From assembly GCA_938030705.1 (NCBI GenBank), contig CALHIR010000005.1, positions 132,909-196,908 on the forward strand: a stretch of 64,000 nt of DNA, written 5' to 3'. The DNA comes from Candidatus Poseidoniaceae archaeon. Its GTDB lineage: Archaea > Thermoplasmatota > Poseidoniia > Poseidoniales > Poseidoniaceae. Below, one piece after another: positions 58,844-64,000 of the stretch. Under the pieces are notes generated by a model. The model ran no database searches. It was not told the DNA's origin and saw only the letters and a program-made list of their open reading frames with translations. Position numbers and translations under genes: made by a program. Each line of letters opens with the position of its first letter. The stretch's first letter is position 1.

Positions 58844-60214
58844 ATGGCACTTGAGGGCTTGTCGAGAGGTATCTTCCGCTCGCTGGGTTTGCTCAAGAAC
58901 AATCGCAAACTCGACGAAGAAGAACTTCGAGAAATGACACGGAGCCTTCGAAGAGCGCTTCAAGAAGCAGATTTCAACATCCGCCAGACCAAGGAAATCG
59001 TTGACCGTCTTGAATCAAGGTTGCGTGAAGAGGAGCCACGGCCTGGCCTTACCTTGCAAACGCATGCCATGAACATCCTCTACACCGAACTCGTTCGCAT
59101 CCTCGGCCCTCCTACGGAATTTCAGCCACGTGGAGCAACCCTTCTTCTTGTCGGCCTTTACGGTCAAGGAAAGACGACAACCACAGCAAAACTTGCGGAG
59201 TGGTACCGCAAAAAGCACGGTCTTCGGGTGGCCGTCATTGAAGCGGACGTTCACCGTCCAGGTGCGTACGCCCAACTTTCTCAACTCCTTGAGGAGACCA
59301 CCGTCCAAGTCTACGGCGAACCCGATAACAAAGACGCTGTGTCCATTGTAAGAAACGGCTTACAAGCATGTGCTTCCGCTGATTTGGTCATTGTCGACAC
59401 AGCAGGACGCCACCAACTTGACGAGGAACTCGTTGAAGAATTGGAAAACATTGCGGGCCTGACCCGTGCAACCGACCGCTGGTTGGTCATCGACGCCCAA
59501 GTCGGTCAGGCCGCCGGACCGGTCGCTGCTTCCTTCCACACCCTTGCCGGGGTGACAGGCATTGTTATCACGAAACTCGACGGTACCGCCCGTGGCGGTG
59601 GTGCCCTTTCGGCTGTCGCAGCGACGGGCGCCCCCATCGTCCACATCGGTGTGGGCGAACGCATTCAGGACCTTGAGAAATTTGAGTCCGACCGTTTTAT
59701 CTCACGATTGCTTGGCATGGGTGATATTCAGGGCCTCATCGATTTGGCACCCGAAGACATGGACCAAGAAGAGGCCATGCGCTTGACGCAGCGCCTTATG
59801 AGCGGCCGTTTCACCCTCAACGACATGTACAAACAAATGGAAATGATGTCCAAGGTCGGCACGATTGACAAGCTGATGTCCTTCCTCCCAGGCAGCATGC
59901 TCGGTGGCATGGGCGCCATGTCCAAGGGACAAAAGGAGGCCATGCAAGCCAACCTCGACCGCTACCGCACCATCATGGATTCCATGACGGCATGGGAAAA
60001 GAACGAGCCAGCCAAGATCAAGGCCGACCGCATCAAGCGCATTGCCCGAGGTTCAGGCGTTCGTGAGAAGGACGTGCGAGAACTCATCGGTCAGTGGAAC
60101 CGCTCACGCAAGATGATGAAGGGCATGGGCGGCAACCGCAAGTTGAACAAACAAATGCGGAAGATGATGAAGGACGGCGACATGGACATTGACCCGTCAT
60201 CGTTTGGCATGTGA
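58844..60214 (+). CDS. srp54: Signal recognition particle protein SRP54
   Basis: [33 protein letters not shown] domain IMDSMT...RIARGSG. Confidence 0.96.
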   Translation: MALEGLSRGIFRSLGLLKNNRKLDEEELREMTRSLRRALQEADFNIRQTKEIVDRLESRLREEEPRPGLTLQTHAMNILYTELVRILGPPTEFQPRGATLLLVGLYGQGKTTTTAKLAEWYRKKHGLRVAVIEADVHRPGAYAQLSQLLEETTVQVYGEPDNKDAVSIVRNGLQACASADLVIVDTAGRHQLDEELVEELENIAGLTRATDRWLVIDAQVGQAAGPVAASFHTLAGVTGIVITKLDGTARGGGALSAVAATGAPIVHIGVGERIQDLEKFESDRFISRLLGMGDIQGLIDLAPEDMDQEEAMRLTQRLMSGRFTLNDMYKQMEMMSKVGTIDKLMSFLPGSMLGGMGAMSKGQKEAMQANLDRYRTIMDSMTAWEKNEPAKIKADRIKRIARGSGVREKDVRELIGQWNRSRKMMKGMGGNRKLNKQMRKMMKDGDMDIDPSSFGM

Positions 60215-60293
60215 TAACGGGGCGAGGTTTGCTGCAACAGCGACCTCGACATGCCGTCTTAACCGTCATCTCTCGCATGAATGTTGCAAGGGC

Positions 60294-61127
60294 TCAATTT
60301 TGATCGCTTTCCTTGGTTGACCATCCTTCGGTATGCTCGAGATCTTTTCGGATTTGAGAACCAATGTGAAGCGGTTCCATCGTTTGTCGCATGTCATTCA
60401 ATGCTCGTTGCATGATCACCTCACCCAATTCTTCATGAGTTTGAGGGAGATGTTCGGCGGCGATTTCCTGAAAAATGCTCTCGGGTTTGTGGGCTCCGCT
60501 GTGGTAAATGATGCGAGCTGCATAACTCGAGTACGAAACCAAAAAAGTGACAATGGCCAGCAATAGACCAATGATGATGGCCGAACCCACGATGCTTTTG
60601 ACATGCACGAGAAGAAGCATGCACCACCACATCGCCATGCCATACATCGAGCAGACCACGAGATAATCAGGTATCATGGCCAAGCGGCCAGTAGGCCCCC
60701 TCGCACTGACGATGGCTCGGAAGTTATCATCGTCCACTGCCGAGTATACGCCATGAACCACCAAAAGGCAGTTGAGGTGAACGAAATTGATGACGACGAT
60801 GACCCCCCCCATGATCATGGTCCACCAGGCCAAACTCGTGTAGGGAGGAGAAGACCAGTAGAAGTCCTTGGATTCTCCTGTAAGCAGATTGAAGAACAAA
60901 GAGGCGTTCATGGCCAACACCAAAACGGCTGCCAGAGTGTTGACCTCCCAAACTGCTTTGTAACTCTCTTTGAGCGTTTTTCCACTCGGGTAGGCTTCAT
61001 TGTAAGCATCTTTCCACAACCGCCGATGGTCGATGGGGTAGAACCATTCGAGGAATGGGACGAGTTTGAAGAAATTACGAACTGGGCGGTTTCGAAACGT
61101 TTCAGTAGGTTTTTCGCTCCTGCTCAT
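60294..61127 (-). CDS. Hypothetical 4-TM membrane protein
   Basis: 277-aa ORF with four hydrophobic helices. Confidence 0.65.
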   Translation of the reverse strand: MSRSEKPTETFRNRPVRNFFKLVPFLEWFYPIDHRRLWKDAYNEAYPSGKTLKESYKAVWEVNTLAAVLVLAMNASLFFNLLTGESKDFYWSSPPYTSLAWWTMIMGGVIVVINFVHLNCLLVVHGVYSAVDDDNFRAIVSARGPTGRLAMIPDYLVVCSMYGMAMWWCMLLLVHVKSIVGSAIIIGLLLAIVTFLVSYSSYAARIIYHSGAHKPESIFQEIAAEHLPQTHEELGEVIMQRALNDMRQTMEPLHIGSQIRKDLEHTEGWSTKESDQN

Positions 61128-61230
61128 AGTTCAACCACAACGCCTCCCCGTTATCAAATTACAGTGTTTGTCGAGGCATGTTAAATTCGAACCCGAAGAT
61201 GATTTAAATGTAAACTCTGTACAATCATCC

Positions 61231-62127
61231 ATGCAATCTCAACCTGTTCCGGGGTACAACCCTTACAACCCTCAACAAACAGTAGAACAGATTCCTCCCC
61301 AACATAGCCAGCCTGCCTACACCATTAACTCCGGGGCGATTGCAAACGGTCCAAATGGGCCGCCCCAACCATACGCAGGAGCAGACAACATAAACAAAAA
61401 AGGGAAGAACAAAAGAAACGCCAAAAAGAGGTCAAAAAGAACAAAAAATTATGTTACAATTTTCATAACCCTGATCTTGGCGTCTTTGATCTCTTCAGGT
61501 TCAACATTTTTTCTCATGGGTGGGAGTCTCTTCAATACCCCGAGCGAATATGAGGGGAAATGGTACTCAGGAGGTCCCAGTGGACATCTTAACCTCCTCG
61601 AAGATGGAACCTTGAAATATTGGGATGAAGCGAGATTCCTCTGTTTTTCTGGCGAAACGGTTCGTGCCAGTTGGGTCAATGATGGAGATGACGATTGTTT
61701 GGACGGTAGCGATGAAGGTACCAACAAAGCAAACACATTCAATCCAGAATATGGATGGCAAGATTACGTGAATTCGGATAGATATACCACTTCTGAAGCC
61801 TATTGGTCCGTTGATGGTGAAATGTTCTGTCTAGAGGTCACTTCCTCCTATCCGAGCGTATATTCAGAGGAAACAAAAGTTTGTTACAAATCCGTGGTGG
61901 ACGGGAATGCTCTTTGGATCGGAAGCGACGAAATTGATGATTCAGGAGAAATTGAAGAATGTGAAGTGATGTTGAAACTTACCAATCGAGAGAGTGGGCC
62001 GCAGGAGTGGTCCCAAAATTGGGTCGATGTCTGGAACTTTGCTTTGGAAGATGTTTATTCAGAAAGACCCTCATTTTGCAAGACGACAACTTTTGATAGC
62101 CTGCAACAAGAGTTTTACTCATTCTAA
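61231..62127 (+). CDS. Single-TM protein with P/Q-rich N-terminus and an LDL-receptor class A-like module
   Basis: Basic KKRSKR then TM; FLCFSGETV...WVNDGDDDCLDGSDE; visibly AT-richer than flanking genes. Confidence 0.7.
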   Translation: MQSQPVPGYNPYNPQQTVEQIPPQHSQPAYTINSGAIANGPNGPPQPYAGADNINKKGKNKRNAKKRSKRTKNYVTIFITLILASLISSGSTFFLMGGSLFNTPSEYEGKWYSGGPSGHLNLLEDGTLKYWDEARFLCFSGETVRASWVNDGDDDCLDGSDEGTNKANTFNPEYGWQDYVNSDRYTTSEAYWSVDGEMFCLEVTSSYPSVYSEETKVCYKSVVDGNALWIGSDEIDDSGEIEECEVMLKLTNRESGPQEWSQNWVDVWNFALEDVYSERPSFCKTTTFDSLQQEFYSF

Positions 62128-62183
62128 GAAAACTGAGCGAGAATTTGAAAAGCCTGATGAACCTAAGGTCGGTGGATTCTCAC

Positions 62184-63212
62184 ATGGCCCTCCCTCCTGG
62201 CGTTTACGAAGATGTGGTTTCAGCCATCGGCCACACCCCCTTGATTCGTTTGAACAAGGTGACTGCGGAATTATCTGGCTCGGAAGTGTGGGCGAAACTT
62301 GAACGTTGCAGCCCAGGTGGCTCCATCAAAGACCGCATTGGCCTTGGCATGATTTTGGAAGCAGAAGAAAAGGGTTGGCTGAAGCCCGGTGGAACCATTG
62401 TTGAGGGAACCAGTGGGAACACGGGTATTGGACTGGCGATGGTTGCAGCGCAGCGGGGTTACAAGTGTGTGTTCACCATGCCCGACAAGATGGCGAAGGA
62501 AAAGATTGACCTCTTGCGTGCCATGGGTGCACGGGTTGAAGTTTGTCCGACCGCAGTTGAAAAGGAGGACCCACGTTCCTACTACATGGTCGCCGAACGA
62601 CTCAGCAAGGAGATTGAAGGTGCCTGGTATCCAGATCAATATTCCAACCAGTCCAATCCAGAAGCGCATATTCATTCAACCGGACCGGAACTTTGGCAAC
62701 AAACTCAGGGTGACATCACCCACTTTGTGGCCACCATGGGAACTGGCGGCACCATCACTGGATGCGGAAAATACCTCAAATCGCAAGCAGAGGCGAACGG
62801 GAAAGACGCCCCTCAAATCGTTGGCGTCGATGCAGAAGGCTCGATTCTCAAGCAGTGGTTCGAAGAAGGAACCATGGGTGTCCCTCACGGCTACAAAGTG
62901 GAAGGATTTGGTGAAGACTTCATCCCACCAGCGACTGACTTTTCAGTGATTGATGAAATTCGGATGGTGGATGACGAAATTTGTTTCCGAATGGCACGAC
63001 GTTTGGCCAAACAAGAGGGCTTGTTCTGTGGGGGTTCTTGCGGTGGAGCCTTGCAGATTGCGTTGGATATCGCGGCAGAGTACGACAAAGCCGGACAAAA
63101 AGCGAAGATTGTTGTCATTCTTCCTGATGCAGGAAATCCCTATCTTGGGAAAGTGTACAACGATGACTGGCTCAGAGAAAACGGATTTGATGTCGATGGA
63201 TGGGAGTGGTGA
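62184..63212 (+). CDS. Cystathionine beta-synthase / cysteine synthase
   Basis: IGHTPL, PGGSIKDR (PLP Lys), TSGNTGIG, GTGGT, YKVEG.G, Y..K.YNDDW (CBS-like). Confidence 0.92.
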   Translation: MALPPGVYEDVVSAIGHTPLIRLNKVTAELSGSEVWAKLERCSPGGSIKDRIGLGMILEAEEKGWLKPGGTIVEGTSGNTGIGLAMVAAQRGYKCVFTMPDKMAKEKIDLLRAMGARVEVCPTAVEKEDPRSYYMVAERLSKEIEGAWYPDQYSNQSNPEAHIHSTGPELWQQTQGDITHFVATMGTGGTITGCGKYLKSQAEANGKDAPQIVGVDAEGSILKQWFEEGTMGVPHGYKVEGFGEDFIPPATDFSVIDEIRMVDDEICFRMARRLAKQEGLFCGGSCGGALQIALDIAAEYDKAGQKAKIVVILPDAGNPYLGKVYNDDWLRENGFDVDGWEW

Positions 63213-63213
63213 A

Positions 63214-64000
63214 ATGACCGGAGATTCAACCCGCTGCGTTCATTCATCCTTGGACCCCGAGGTCTCAACTGGCTCAGTCCACACCCCCATTTTTCAAACA
63301 TCGACCTATGTTCAGAACGATTTTGCTGACCATCTCGGATATGAATATGCACGGGGAGACAACCCGACCCGAAACGCCCTCCAACGTGCACTGGCGGAAA
63401 TGGAATCACCTCACCAAGAAGCGTTTGGGTTTTGTTTTGGAAGCGGAATGGCCGCCATCACAACCATCAGCCAAATGCTTGAACAAGGCGACCATGTCAT
63501 TGCATGCGACGACCTTTACGGAGGTACGGTTCGCTTATTTGACCAAATTGCTTCGCGCTTTGGCATTGAAACAAGTTATTCTCCGTTGAAAAGCGGAGAC
63601 TTGGGAAAACTCGTTCGGGAGAACTCGAAAATCCTCTGGCTTGAAAGCCCAACCAATCCACTCCTCACCGTGCACGATATCAAATCCTTAGCGGCTGAAG
63701 CAAAAGAACACGGCCTCATCGTCGTTGTGGATTCGACCTTCGCAACCCCAATCCTCCAGCGCCCGTTCGAGTTGGGAGCCGATATCATCGTCCATTCAAC
63801 AACCAAATACATCGGTGGCCACAGCGACGTCATCGGTGGTTGTTTGATCACCCAAAGCAAGGCACTCGCTGAAAAGATATCATTCTTGCAAAATGCAGTG
63901 GGAGCCGTCCCGGCACCGATGGATTGCTTCCTCATCCTCCGAGGACTCCGAACCCTCGCTTTGCGAATGAACCGTCATTGCGAAAGTGCAATGACGCTAG
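63214..64000 (+). CDS. Cystathionine gamma-lyase/synthase, 3' end outside the window
   Basis: Not in the ORF track because no stop lies inside the window. Manual translation gives MTGDSTRCVH...PIFQTST...YARGDNPT...SGMAAI...DDLYGGT...ESPTNP...DSTFATP...HSTTKYIGGHSD. Confidence 0.93.
   Translation, partial: MTGDSTRCVHSSLDPEVSTGSVHTPIFQTSTYVQNDFADHLGYEYARGDNPTRNALQRALAEMESPHQEAFGFCFGSGMAAITTISQMLEQGDHVIACDDLYGGTVRLFDQIASRFGIETSYSPLKSGDLGKLVRENSKILWLESPTNPLLTVHDIKSLAAEAKEHGLIVVVDSTFATPILQRPFELGADIIVHSTTKYIGGHSDVIGGCLITQSKALAEKISFLQNAVGAVPAPMDCFLILRGLRTLALRMNRHCESAMTL

Noticed and set aside
1-64000. CRISPR arrays, rRNA, transposases, inteins, selenocysteine or pyrrolysine read-through
   Set aside because: None was recognisable. 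Apart from the acyltransferase remnant, conserved genes appear continuous with no sign of recoding.

Overview
Gene-dense archaeal chromosomal window with about 60 genes and 1 tRNA. It most likely comes from a Marine Group II euryarchaeote (Poseidoniales, Thermoplasmatota). That assignment is an inference from the archaeal information genes plus bacterial-like transketolase/transaldolase, type-1 IDI, and a large lectin/PPC/TSP3 surface protein. Content in order: P-type ATPase (partial), OPT transporter, split transketolase and transaldolase, a broken acyltransferase, a MamK/salactin-like actin, thiolase + DUF35, KptA, GS-hydroquinone reductase, IPK and an IDI1-GGPP synthase fusion, rps12-rps7-(DsrE)-EF2, UbiD, the proteasome/exosome superoperon, Dph6, PurB, TiaS, archaeosortase, OYE, tRNA-Arg(CCG), a 1200-aa surface protein, fRMsr, a 1760-aa Lhr helicase, GlyRS, RFC-L, TrkAH, a transglutaminase-like protein, Get3/ArsA-Hsp20 next to SRP54, and CBS/CGL. 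No CRISPR array, integrase or transposase was seen. Most notable are the MamK-like actin with a Zn-ribbon/TerB-like neighbour, the IDI1-GGPPS fusion within a dispersed isoprenoid gene set, the giant Lhr with tandem AlkZ-like modules, the Get3-Hsp20/SRP54 pair, and a candidate structured RNA between psmA and dph6. All family calls rest on motif recognition by eye; no database searches were run. Several starts were moved downstream of the ORF-track start where that fitted better.
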